Below, piece after piece: positions 1 through 8,550 of a DNA stretch of 64,000 bases. A model generated the notes under the pieces. It saw only the letters and a program-made list of their open reading frames with translations, was not told the origin of the DNA and made no database searches. The stretch comes from an uncultured Aminicenantes bacterium. Lineage in GTDB: Bacteria; Acidobacteriota; Aminicenantia; UBA2199. Where the stretch lies: assembly GCA_965195285.1 (NCBI GenBank), contig CBDAFS010000034.1:1-64000 (forward strand), given 5' to 3'. Position numbers and translations under genes: made by a program. The first letter of the stretch is position 1. Every line of letters starts with the position of its first letter.

Positions 1-93
1 GACGGTTTCCCGGGTCTGGTCATCGCCCTGGTCTCATCATGGGGAACCGCCCTGAAATACCTCAAAGCCATTGAAATAAAGAGAACAAAATAG
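1..93 (+). CDS. 3' end of a probable family 2 glycosyltransferase (WaaE/KdtX-like LPS core type), truncated by the window edge
   Basis: Frame 1 reads DGFPGLVIALVSSWGTALKYLKAIEIKRTK*, resembling the DGxxGxxxA...LKY C-terminus of this GT2 group; not in the ORF track. Confidence 0.6.
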   Translation, partial: DGFPGLVIALVSSWGTALKYLKAIEIKRTK

Positions 94-487
94 AAAAGAT
101 TTTCTGTTTAATTTTGGCTTAATTCCTGTCAAATTCCTTGAAGCATATAATGAGATCATTAAAAGCAAACAAGCATCTGATGGATTAATGCCGGGATTTC
201 ATTTAAAAAAAGAAATTGAAAATTTTATTAAAATCCCAAAGGAACAAAATTTCTACGATTTAATAACTTATCTTTATAATAATTTTCTGTCCTGGAAAAT
301 TGCAACGGAAATACCTGGATATAAAATACCTACAACTCGAAATTTAGTAGAACAACTTAACATATTGGTAAATGAAGAAAAAATTGAAATTAAATGTTCG
401 GAAAAATACTTGAAACAGAAGAAATATTTAAAAATGTTAATAAAAAATAAAAATGAAATGAAAGAGATTTATTTGAAATCTAAATAA
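92..487 (+). pseudogene. AT-rich hypothetical ORF, probably a 5'-truncated gene remnant
   Basis: Frame of ORF 188..487 stays open upstream to about 80 with no start codon or SD, running into the composition change at the GT2 stop; converges on and overlaps the DUF5131 gene. Confidence 0.35.
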
Positions 488-1209
488 TTTTTTATGTTAA
501 AATCTTCTGGCATCTGGCTCCAGATCTTACCATCAAGAGACCTACCATTCTTCTTTTTATTTACTCCACCCCACTGTTTAAAAAAGAACGGAACATCTTG
601 CATCTCACATTGATGCTGAATGCTTCTTATCCAGTCTGGGTGGACCGGCCTTGAATTAAAACCACTTTCACCACCTACTATAACCCAGTCAGTATTCATT
701 AACTTCAATTTTGGAATATCTGAGAGTAAAGGCTCTAATGATAAAAACTTTATATGTGCATCGGTCATTATTAAATCCTCTATTCTATTTGAATAAATTT
801 CAGATTCAACTGTAACACCCATCCAGATATTCGATGTCCATTTTATTTTTTTATTTAATTCCAGCAATCGTTTTGATCTCTTGGTTAAAACCTGAAAAAT
901 GTGCCAATTTGCCTCATTCATAGTTTTAAAAACTTTTAATATAAACTCTTCCGGGACATTATCATGAAAAAGATCAGACATTGAACATAAAAATATTATA
1001 TGAGGTTTGATCCAGGATAAAGGATCATTTAAGTTATCATTGTGAAGAGTTAAGTTGAAACCATACTTGTATTTTTTTACTCCCATAGACTTCAATCTTA
1101 AAGCCATTCTTTCAGCATAACAATTTATACATCCCTCACTAATTTTTGTACATCCTGTTACAGGATTCCAGGTTGATTCTGTCCATTCAATTTTTGATCT
1201 TTGTCCCAT
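469..1209 (-). CDS. DUF5131 / phage Gp37Gp68 family protein (three-Cys motif)
   Basis: SKIEWTESTWNPVTGCTKISEGCINCYAE, SMSDLFH, FQVLTKR, SLEPLL, WVIVGGESG and FFFKQWGG motifs. Confidence 0.93.
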   Translation of the reverse strand: MGQRSKIEWTESTWNPVTGCTKISEGCINCYAERMALRLKSMGVKKYKYGFNLTLHNDNLNDPLSWIKPHIIFLCSMSDLFHDNVPEEFILKVFKTMNEANWHIFQVLTKRSKRLLELNKKIKWTSNIWMGVTVESEIYSNRIEDLIMTDAHIKFLSLEPLLSDIPKLKLMNTDWVIVGGESGFNSRPVHPDWIRSIQHQCEMQDVPFFFKQWGGVNKKKNGRSLDGKIWSQMPEDFNIKNYLDFK

Positions 1210-1328
1210 AATTATATATTAATAGAGATTTATTTTTTTATCAAAAAATATTTTTAAAAATCACTTCCAAAAAATCGGGGACAATCATTGCTTTTTTGAA
1301 AATTTTGATTTAATGAATAATTTTATTG

Positions 1329-1383
1329 TTGACTTTTATTAAAACATGATCCATAATTGTTGTAGAAACGATGTGTGTACATC
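1329..1383 (+). promoter_or_regulatory. sigma70 promoter and probable autoregulatory operator of the TA operon
   Basis: TTGACT(1329-1334)-17bp-CATAAT(1352-1357); inverted repeat GATGT-GTGT-ACATC at 1370-1383. Confidence 0.6.
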
Positions 1384-1407
1384 AATGTTGTTTTGATGGA
1401 GGATAAA

Positions 1408-1665
1408 ATGGGTGAAAGTATAATCAGGTCGAGAATCGATCCTGAAATAAAAGAGCAGGCGATAATGATACTTGAGAGTATGGGATTGACTTTAAGTGAA
1501 GGGATAAGAATGTTTCTTATCCAGTTAATTGCCCATGAGGCACTTCCTTTTGAAGTAAAGTCTCCAAAAAAAATAACCAGGGAAGCAATGGCCGCAGCTA
1601 AGAATAAGAAGGGGCTGGAAAAGATTACTGTGAAGGAATTAGGTGAAGAATGGGGAGTTGAATGA
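1408..1665 (+). CDS. dinJ: RelB/DinJ family antitoxin
   Basis: IRSRIDPEIKEQA...MGLTLSEGIRMFL...LPFEV; GGAGG SD before ATG 1408; ATGA overlap with toxin. Confidence 0.9.
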   Translation: MGESIIRSRIDPEIKEQAIMILESMGLTLSEGIRMFLIQLIAHEALPFEVKSPKKITREAMAAAKNKKGLEKITVKELGEEWGVE

Positions 1666-1934
1666 GGGATATCTTTCAACAGAGTCAGTTCAAAAAAGAT
1701 ATCAAGAAAATAAAAAAATCAGGGAAACACAATTTAAAGGAACTTTTGGAAGTAATTGAATTAATTGCGAAAGATATTGTACTAACTAAGAAATATTTTG
1801 ATCATAAATTATCAGGCGAATGGAGCGATTTCAGAGAATGTCATATTCGTTCGGACTGGCTACTGATATACCTACTGGAGCCGGGAAAACTTATCCTGGT
1901 TAGAACAGGTAACCATTCAGAACTATTTGGATAA
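1662..1934 (+). CDS. yafQ: YafQ family mRNA interferase toxin
   Basis: FKKDIKK, DHKLSGEW, RECHIRSDWLLIY, LVRTGNHSELF motifs. Confidence 0.93.
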   Translation: MRDIFQQSQFKKDIKKIKKSGKHNLKELLEVIELIAKDIVLTKKYFDHKLSGEWSDFRECHIRSDWLLIYLLEPGKLILVRTGNHSELFG

Positions 1935-2007
1935 TAAATCTTGATAATCTTTTTTTTTTGGAGGGAAACGGACCGACAGTTGAAGGTCGGGCAAAAATAG
2001 GATTCGA

Positions 2008-2931
2008 TTATTTTCTGGTGATCAGATAATCGGCCAGTTTCACGGCTTCAATCATGCTGGCTGGATCCGCAATTCCCTGGCCAGCGATATCAAAGGCAGT
2101 CCCATGATCGGGTGAAGTTCGAACAAAGGGCAATCCCAGAGTCAGGTTGACACCGGCCCGTTCCCGGGATAATTTAAAGGGGATCAACCCCTGATCATGA
2201 TACCAGCAGACCACCACCGAATCCTTGGCCCGGAGAGCAGTGGGAAATACCGTATCTGGCGGATATATACCGGCAATATTCATTTCCCCCTCCAGTTTGT
2301 TCAGGGCCGGCTTGATGATTTTCTCCTCCTCGGTTCCGAGATGTCCCTGCTCGCCGGCATGGGGATTTAACCCGCTGATGAAAAAATTAAATTTTTTTCC
2401 AAACAGTCGCCCCAGTTCCTGATCCAGGAAACGCATGAAATCAATGATCCTTTGCTTTTTAATATGCGGGAATATGTCTTTCAGTGAAATATGAAGGGTA
2501 AACAGTGAAACCTTCAAATCTTCAGACCAGAAAAACATCCCGTATTGTTTGATGCCCGATCGGTGAGCCAGATATCCGGTATGACCCCGAAACGGGATAC
2601 CCCGTTCCATCCATTTCTGCTTTGATATGGGAGCCGTGACCACGGCCTGAACCTTTCCGGTCAGGGCCAGGTCAACCGCTTTTCGGACATAGGCAAAGGA
2701 TTCATCGGTTTTGTCATCCGGGTTTTCCAGGGGATAAAAAAAAATCCCTTTTCCCAGCTTTTCTATTCGAGAAATAACCCGGATTTTAGGATCGGGGGAG
2801 CAACCATGACTACCGATGATGACCACCGGGTGTTTCGGATGATACCGGGAAAAGGTCTTTTCAATGATTTCCGGCCCTACACCGGTCGGCTCTCCCAGGG
2901 TAACGGCAATGATCTTTTTCAATCTAAGCAA
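2008..2931 (-). CDS. pdxA: 4-hydroxythreonine-4-phosphate dehydrogenase
   Basis: TLGEPTGVGPE, VTAPISK, GHTGYL, GLNPHAGE, YHDQGLIPFK, RTSPDHGTAFDIAG motifs. Confidence 0.93.
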   Translation of the reverse strand: MLRLKKIIAVTLGEPTGVGPEIIEKTFSRYHPKHPVVIIGSHGCSPDPKIRVISRIEKLGKGIFFYPLENPDDKTDESFAYVRKAVDLALTGKVQAVVTAPISKQKWMERGIPFRGHTGYLAHRSGIKQYGMFFWSEDLKVSLFTLHISLKDIFPHIKKQRIIDFMRFLDQELGRLFGKKFNFFISGLNPHAGEQGHLGTEEEKIIKPALNKLEGEMNIAGIYPPDTVFPTALRAKDSVVVCWYHDQGLIPFKLSRERAGVNLTLGLPFVRTSPDHGTAFDIAGQGIADPASMIEAVKLADYLITRK

Positions 2932-2937
2932 AGATAA

Positions 2938-3261
2938 TTAGGACGGTTTATCCTTTGAAACTTCCTCTTCCTGGAAGTCGGGATTCTTGTACATATACTT
3001 GATCACCTGTTTGAAAATGATGAAATTGTTCTCATCCGCTCTCTTTATTTTAAGGCAATTCTTATCATACCACTCGATTCGGCCTTTAAACACCTCACCA
3101 TTGATCAATTCGATCACCATGGGGGTTTTGTTGTTCATCTGCTTGATATAATAATAATTTTCGGCATGGGTTTTATAGGCGGGAGGTGGCTTTTTCCGGG
3201 TATCCTTTTTGGAAATATTCTTTATCTCTCTCAGGTCCGGTTTTATCAATTTGCGGATCAT
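2938..3261 (-). CDS. Hfq/Sm-like RNA chaperone family protein
   Basis: Sm1/Sm2-like pattern: PMVIELINGEVFKGRIEWYD...FIIFKQVIKYMY; basic N-terminal extension. Confidence 0.7.
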   Translation of the reverse strand: MIRKLIKPDLREIKNISKKDTRKKPPPAYKTHAENYYYIKQMNNKTPMVIELINGEVFKGRIEWYDKNCLKIKRADENNFIIFKQVIKYMYKNPDFQEEEVSKDKPS

Positions 3262-3357
3262 GGTTTCTCCTCCAGATATTTTTTATCTTAAACCAATTTC
3301 CATCAAAAGTCAACCGGATCCGGGATCCACGTTCCTGACAAATATAGATATGAGTAT

Positions 3358-4452
3358 TTACAGTTTTGGTTTTTTTTTCCGCTGGTGTTTAACCCAATCC
3401 GTTTTGGTTAACTGGACCTCTCTGGCAATGGCCATCGAATCGGGGGGGACATCCTCGGTAATGGTTGAACCGGCTGCTATCAGACTGTTTTTACCAATTT
3501 TCAGGGGGGCAATTAGCTCGGTACCGGAACCGATGAAAACACGATCTTCAATGGTGGTAGTATGTTTCTTTTGGCCATCATAATTGCAGGTAATGGTTCC
3601 AGCCCCGATATTGACCTGCTCTCCGATGGAGGCATCACCCAGGTAGGATAAATGCATGGCCTTGGCGCCTTTTCCCAGGATTGTTTTTTTGATCTCGACA
3701 AAATTTCCGGCTTTGCCCCCGCGCCTGATAACGGCCTGGTTTCTTAAATGGGTAAAGGGTCCCACCTGAACATCGTCCTCCAAAATCGAATCCCGCAACA
3801 CACAATGAGGTAACACCGTACAATTGTGACCGATGGCGGTATTCTCGATATAAGAATGGGCATCAAGACTTACATTCCTTCCCAGGCGGCTGTTCCCTTT
3901 GACCACCACGCCCGATCCGATGCGGGAGCCGCTTCCGATGGATACCCTGCCTTCCAGATAAAAATGACGGTAATCATCGATATGGACGTTCTGTTTCAAT
4001 AGTTGTTGAATTTGAAAGCGGGTAATACATTCTTCAACCTGGCCTGGATTCTGGTTCAGGCCCCATACCTGGTAAGGGTTCTTCAATCCGGCCAGCTTAA
4101 TTTCCGCTTTTTCCGATAAAACCGAACAGACTCCTTTTCTTATCCGGATCCGGTACCTGCGAACCGCCTCCCTGCTGAGGATGAAAAGCGGAAAGCCGGA
4201 AAGCGAAACAATATCTGCTGATAGTCTCTGAGATTTGAACAATCTCTTGAGTTCGGCAATTCCTGCAGGTTCGATGTCCAGGAATCTGGTAAAGTCAAAA
4301 ACAACCAGAACCTCATAATCCGGGTTCAGCTGTTCCGGATGATGAAAGTCGATGCCTTTGAACCGGCGGCCCATCCAGAAAAACAGGTCTTCACCCCGAA
4401 AACGCATAACAGAGACCGGTAAGGCTCCGGGATCAAAGGTGGCAACAATCAT
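3358..4452 (-). CDS. glmU: GlmU-like protein: intact hexapeptide-repeat acetyltransferase domain, shortened degenerate N-terminal domain
   Basis: GPFTHLR, GNFVEIKK, KAMHLSYLGDA, NIGAGTITCNYDG, FIGSGTEL; no LAAGxGTRM motif; 364 aa. Confidence 0.8.
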   Translation of the reverse strand: MIVATFDPGALPVSVMRFRGEDLFFWMGRRFKGIDFHHPEQLNPDYEVLVVFDFTRFLDIEPAGIAELKRLFKSQRLSADIVSLSGFPLFILSREAVRRYRIRIRKGVCSVLSEKAEIKLAGLKNPYQVWGLNQNPGQVEECITRFQIQQLLKQNVHIDDYRHFYLEGRVSIGSGSRIGSGVVVKGNSRLGRNVSLDAHSYIENTAIGHNCTVLPHCVLRDSILEDDVQVGPFTHLRNQAVIRRGGKAGNFVEIKKTILGKGAKAMHLSYLGDASIGEQVNIGAGTITCNYDGQKKHTTTIEDRVFIGSGTELIAPLKIGKNSLIAAGSTITEDVPPDSMAIAREVQLTKTDWVKHQRKKKPKL

Positions 4453-4964
4453 TCTATCATGGATAAGAACTCGCTGTTTTCGGATAAGGATTCAAAATCG
4501 GGCTCGTTATAAGCAATAATTTTATAGTAATCATCCTTGGCAATACTTTTTTCCAAATACATCAACGCCTTCTCCCCATCATCCTGTTTCATATAAACCA
4601 GCGAGAGTAAATAATATATATATGGATCCGAGTATTTTCTCTTCTCCGATAGTTCCAGAAAATGTTGAAGGGCCTGATCCAGTTGACCGGCATTCAGATT
4701 AAGCAGACCTTCATTCAGAAAGTCCTCATCGGTTTTCAGGACGATTTTTTGAGGATGTAATCGGGAATCGGCCAAATTCTTATATAATTTTGACTGGGTT
4801 TGAATTTCCGACACACTGTCATATTCGGAATCTTTATAATTCTCAATGATCTCCTTCAACAGATCCAGGGCACTCTTGAAATTCTTTTTGTGAAAAGCCT
4901 GCAGGGCCTTATTAAATTCCAAACTTATTTTTTTAAGCTCTTTTTCTTCCATACTCAATACCAT
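4449..4964 (-). CDS. tetratricopeptide repeat protein
   Basis: TPR-like helical pairs; AGGAGG SD at 4980-4975 favours ATG at 4964; overlaps start of the glmU-like gene. Confidence 0.75.
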   Translation of the reverse strand: MVLSMEEKELKKISLEFNKALQAFHKKNFKSALDLLKEIIENYKDSEYDSVSEIQTQSKLYKNLADSRLHPQKIVLKTDEDFLNEGLLNLNAGQLDQALQHFLELSEKRKYSDPYIYYLLSLVYMKQDDGEKALMYLEKSIAKDDYYKIIAYNEPDFESLSENSEFLSMIE

Positions 4965-5084
4965 TTTGATATTACCTCCTGATCCTGAAAGTGATGAACC
5001 GACTCTCCCGGAACTGCGTTTCAATATTCCTGAGTATCATGATACCAAATCGTGTGAAATTCATTTCTCTTTGCACCAGCTTTT

Positions 5085-5113
5085 ATTTTACACTGTTTTG
5101 GTATTGATTTCAA
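5085..5113 (-). promoter_or_regulatory. sigma70 promoter of TPR-glmU-hfq-pdxA cluster
   Basis: minus strand TTGAAA-17bp-TAAAAT. Confidence 0.55.
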
Positions 5114-5180
5114 CTTTTCCCGTCTAAAGGGCAGGCAAAAATGGGGAGTTTGGAAAAAATGATGAGACGACCGGTGTTGG

Positions 5181-5591
5181 TTACTCTGAAATGGTACTAT
5201 ATCTCTCAAGCATGACACCGATAACTTCAATACCGGCACCCTTGGCAATATCAATGACTTTCAACACATCTTTATAGGAAGCCGATTCATCGGCACGAAT
5301 AAAGATTTTTCTGTCGGTTTTGGTTTGATAAATGTTTCTCAATTCATTTTCCAGTAAATCGATTGTGGTGGGAATCTGGTTGATTTTTACGGAGAGATCC
5401 TGTTCGAGGGTTAATACAATTCCACTGGAAGGACCACCCTGATCTCCAACCATCTCGGGTAGATTAATGTCAATTCCCTTTTGAGCAACCGGAGTAATCA
5501 CCATGAAAATGATTAATAAAACCAGCAAGATATCACACAACGGAACCACATTTGGTTCAGATTTTTGTTCAATACCTACTTCCGCACCCAT
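5181..5591 (-). CDS. ExbD/TolR family protein (stand-alone)
   Basis: PNVVPLCDILLVLLIIFMV TM segment with conserved Asp; IFIRAD. Confidence 0.9.
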   Translation of the reverse strand: MGAEVGIEQKSEPNVVPLCDILLVLLIIFMVITPVAQKGIDINLPEMVGDQGGPSSGIVLTLEQDLSVKINQIPTTIDLLENELRNIYQTKTDRKIFIRADESASYKDVLKVIDIAKGAGIEVIGVMLERYSTISE

Positions 5592-5609
5592 TTATCCTCC
5601 TAGTAATTT

Positions 5610-5709
5610 AATTTATCAAATATGAAATAAATTGTCAAGAAAAAAAAATATTTTATTGACAAAAATGGATTTTTATTTTATATTAACCATATGGTTAAAC
5701 CAACTGGTT
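5610..5709. promoter_or_regulatory. back-to-back sigma70 promoters plus two TetR-type operators
   Basis: minus: TTGACA(5638-5633)-17bp-TAAATT; plus: TTGACA(5656-5661)-17bp-TATATT(5679-5684); perfect palindrome TTAACCATATGGTTAA (5683-5698) and AACCAACTGGTT (5698-5709). Confidence 0.75.
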
Positions 5710-5716
5710 AGTTAAA

Positions 5717-6331
5717 ATGATAAGATCAAAAAATACCAAAAAAAGAATTCTCAATGCCGGATTAAAGGAATTTTCTTTCCGCGGTTATGCGGGGACCCGA
5801 ATGGACAAGATCGCCATCCGAGCCAAAATCAACAAGGCCATGTTGTTTTATTATTTCTCCTCCAAGGAGAACCTTTACCATGAAGTCTTAAAACACGCGG
5901 TCAGAAGTATCGTTCCCAAGATACGCAACATCATTCTGCTGGAACAGAGTCCCAAGGGATTTCTAGAGAAGTTGCCCGAAGTCTATATTGGCTTTTTCAC
6001 CAAAAATCAGGATTTTGTCAAAATGGTGGCTTTTGATTTTGTTCAGAAAACCGATATTATCAAAGCCGCTTTCGAGCAGGCCATTGGGAAGGGATTCCAT
6101 CAGGGTCCCCGGCTGGTATTGAAAAAAATCGAGAAATGGTATGAAAAGGGGGAAATATCAGAGAGTGACCCCCTTCAATTCATGATCAATATCGTTTCCC
6201 TCTGCCTCTTTGCCTTTATTGCCAGGCCAATTCTGGAAGCTATTTTCAATCAAAAAATCGGTGACGAACAATTTATCAAGAAGCGAATAAAAAGCGTCAT
6301 CAATCTTTTAAAACAAGGAATGCTAAAATGA
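5717..6331 (+). CDS. TetR/AcrR family transcriptional regulator
   Basis: N-terminal HTH: EFSFRGYAGTRMDKIAIRAKINKAMLFYYFSSKENLY. Confidence 0.93.
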   Translation: MIRSKNTKKRILNAGLKEFSFRGYAGTRMDKIAIRAKINKAMLFYYFSSKENLYHEVLKHAVRSIVPKIRNIILLEQSPKGFLEKLPEVYIGFFTKNQDFVKMVAFDFVQKTDIIKAAFEQAIGKGFHQGPRLVLKKIEKWYEKGEISESDPLQFMINIVSLCLFAFIARPILEAIFNQKIGDEQFIKKRIKSVINLLKQGMLK

Positions 6332-7635
6332 ATAAAATCGCCATCTTGATTTTAATTGCCTTCAATTGGATACCGCTTTCGGCCAAAATCCCCCTGCAGC
6401 AGGCCATTACCAGAGGAATTCAAAAAAGCCTGGTCATCCAGAACAACCTTCTTGAACAGAAAAACCTGAAGCTGGAGAAAAAAAACCGGGATATGAAAAA
6501 ATGGTTGACTTTGCATCTGGGAGGATCTTATATATTCAAATCCCAGCAGATGGAAATCAACTTTTTGGAAATCCAGATCAATGAGGACATCTCCGTTCCC
6601 CTGGAACCCATCATCGTGGGTGCCCGACACAACTATGATTTGAAGCTGGGCCTTGCCCAGCCTATTTATACCGGCAACCGGTTATCCAATTCTGCCAAAC
6701 TAAAGGATATTCAGTATGAAATGGAAAAACACTATACCGGACTCAATACCATTGAAGTTTCCACTCAAATCAAAATCTCCTACTTCACCTACCGTATGCT
6801 GTTTTACCAGCAGCAATCCGTAAATGCCTTTATGGAAACCCTTCAGCTCCATCAACGGAAACTGGAAGATTTTTACCTTGAAGACCTGATCAAAAAAAGT
6901 GACCTGTTGGAAACTGAATCCCGCCTGCAGGAGCAGATGATGAACCTGGAGGAAATCAAACACCGGATCGCCAGGGAAAAAATTAATTTTAAATCCCTCT
7001 GTGATTTCAATATCGAAGATATCAGCGGAGATTACACCGAAACCATCGAACCCGGCCCTGAGTTACTTTCGGATTTTCAAAACCATCACCCCTATTTACA
7101 GATGCTAAACGCTCAAATCCGGCTGCTGGAAATCCAAAAAAGAATAACCAATGCCGAATACCTCCCCCAGCTGGTCGGGTTTGCCGAAATCCATTATGGC
7201 CGGCCGGGCATAGATTATTTCACCAATGAGTGGAGTTTGTATTTCCAGGGCGGTATTGGCTTTGACCTGAAGTTATTTGACTGGAACCAGCGGAAACGAA
7301 ACCAGAAAATCCTCAATTATTCACAGGAAAAATCCAGAAACGAGCAAAAAGACTTTTCCCGGGAAATTAAAAACCAGGTCCGGCAACTGCTGGAATCCAA
7401 AAAAGCAACAGAAATAAAACTGGCCATCATAGGGAACCTGATCGAAATTTCCCGGGAGGACACCGAGTTGAAGGCAGAATTGTTTCAAGAACAGCAGATC
7501 ACCAACAAAGACTATCTGGCCTCTTTGGCTACCAAGGAAAGATATGTCTTCATGGAAAAAGAACAACAATTGCAGATTGAAATGATAAAGGTCAGCATCA
7601 ACAAATGGCTGGGTTTATTTGATCGAAAATTTTAG
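6328..7635 (+). CDS. TolC family outer membrane efflux protein
   Basis: signal peptide, QPIYTG, YLPQL, LFDW motifs, coiled coils; operon context. Confidence 0.85.
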   Translation: MNKIAILILIAFNWIPLSAKIPLQQAITRGIQKSLVIQNNLLEQKNLKLEKKNRDMKKWLTLHLGGSYIFKSQQMEINFLEIQINEDISVPLEPIIVGARHNYDLKLGLAQPIYTGNRLSNSAKLKDIQYEMEKHYTGLNTIEVSTQIKISYFTYRMLFYQQQSVNAFMETLQLHQRKLEDFYLEDLIKKSDLLETESRLQEQMMNLEEIKHRIAREKINFKSLCDFNIEDISGDYTETIEPGPELLSDFQNHHPYLQMLNAQIRLLEIQKRITNAEYLPQLVGFAEIHYGRPGIDYFTNEWSLYFQGGIGFDLKLFDWNQRKRNQKILNYSQEKSRNEQKDFSREIKNQVRQLLESKKATEIKLAIIGNLIEISREDTELKAELFQEQQITNKDYLASLATKERYVFMEKEQQLQIEMIKVSINKWLGLFDRKF

Positions 7636-7643
7636 GAGGACAA

Positions 7644-8531
7644 ATGAAAAAAATTGTGGCGGTATTATTCGGAATTGTCCTGATATCATTTTGCAACAAT
7701 GGAAAAACCGCCGAGATCAAAGTCCCGGGCATTGTGGACGGGGACATTATCACTCTGACGTCCATGGTTTCCGGACAGGTGGATCAAATGCCCCTGAAGG
7801 AAGGTACCCGGGTAGCAAAGAATGATCTGGTCGTCGACATAAACAGCGACAAAACCGAAAACAAGTTAGAGGAACTCAATATCAGCTCCAAGGAAATCGA
7901 AATCAACATCCTGAAATTAAGGCAAAAATTAAACCTGGCCAAATCCAATATTCAATACATTGAGAACCAGGTGCAACGGTTCAAACGATTGAGAAAGAAG
8001 AATTCCATATCAGGAGAAAAACTGGAATCCATGGAGCTCAAACTGCTGGAAGCGAAAACCAGTGAGTTTGACATCCGGAAATCCCTGGATAGTTTGAGTG
8101 TTCGGACCCAGAAAATCGAGAACCAGAGAAAATACCTTCAGCTCATTTTGAAGGATCACCGGATCAAATCACCGGTTGAGGGGATCCTGATGGAAACCTT
8201 CATATCAACGGGGGAAAATGTTTTCCCCAATACCCCGCTGGTCGATATTCTGGACACCTCCAGTCTTTTTGTGGAGATTTTCATCGAAGAGCAGGAAATG
8301 TCATCGCTTGAACTGGGTCAGAGGGCCCGGATCATTATGGATGGCCTTGAAGAAAAGGACCTCGGCGGCACAGTCAGTTTTTTCGGCAAAAAAGCAGAAT
8401 TTTCACCGAAATACATCATTTCCGAAAAAGAACGCAAATCATTGCTGTACCGGGTAAAAATCGCCATTGACCGGGATATTGACCGGTTTAAAATCGGAAT
8501 GCCCGTGACCATTATATTGACCCGGAGATAA
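7644..8531 (+). CDS. HlyD family membrane fusion protein (YbhG-like)
   Basis: lipoyl half-motifs around a coiled coil, IKSPVEG, KAEFSPK, KIGMPV. Confidence 0.88.
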   Translation: MKKIVAVLFGIVLISFCNNGKTAEIKVPGIVDGDIITLTSMVSGQVDQMPLKEGTRVAKNDLVVDINSDKTENKLEELNISSKEIEINILKLRQKLNLAKSNIQYIENQVQRFKRLRKKNSISGEKLESMELKLLEAKTSEFDIRKSLDSLSVRTQKIENQRKYLQLILKDHRIKSPVEGILMETFISTGENVFPNTPLVDILDTSSLFVEIFIEEQEMSSLELGQRARIIMDGLEEKDLGGTVSFFGKKAEFSPKYIISEKERKSLLYRVKIAIDRDIDRFKIGMPVTIILTRR

Positions 8532-8550
8532 TGAGGATTCCGAATATTAT

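Noticed and set aside
469-1209. Prophage suggested by the Gp37Gp68 family name
   Set aside because: No structural, integrase or other phage genes nearby
1323-1679. 118-aa minus-strand ORF and the many other short antisense or alternate-frame ORFs in the track
   Set aside because: Shadow ORFs of well-supported genes, with no independent evidence
1960-1992. CCGAC-N8-GTCGG hairpin and possible target duplication at the right end of the first islet
   Set aside because: Stem is only 5 bp and no convincing repeat matches the left junction
4965-5100. Possible 6S RNA, glmS ribozyme or riboswitch
   Set aside because: No diagnostic conserved motifs recognised; kept only as an unexplained leader
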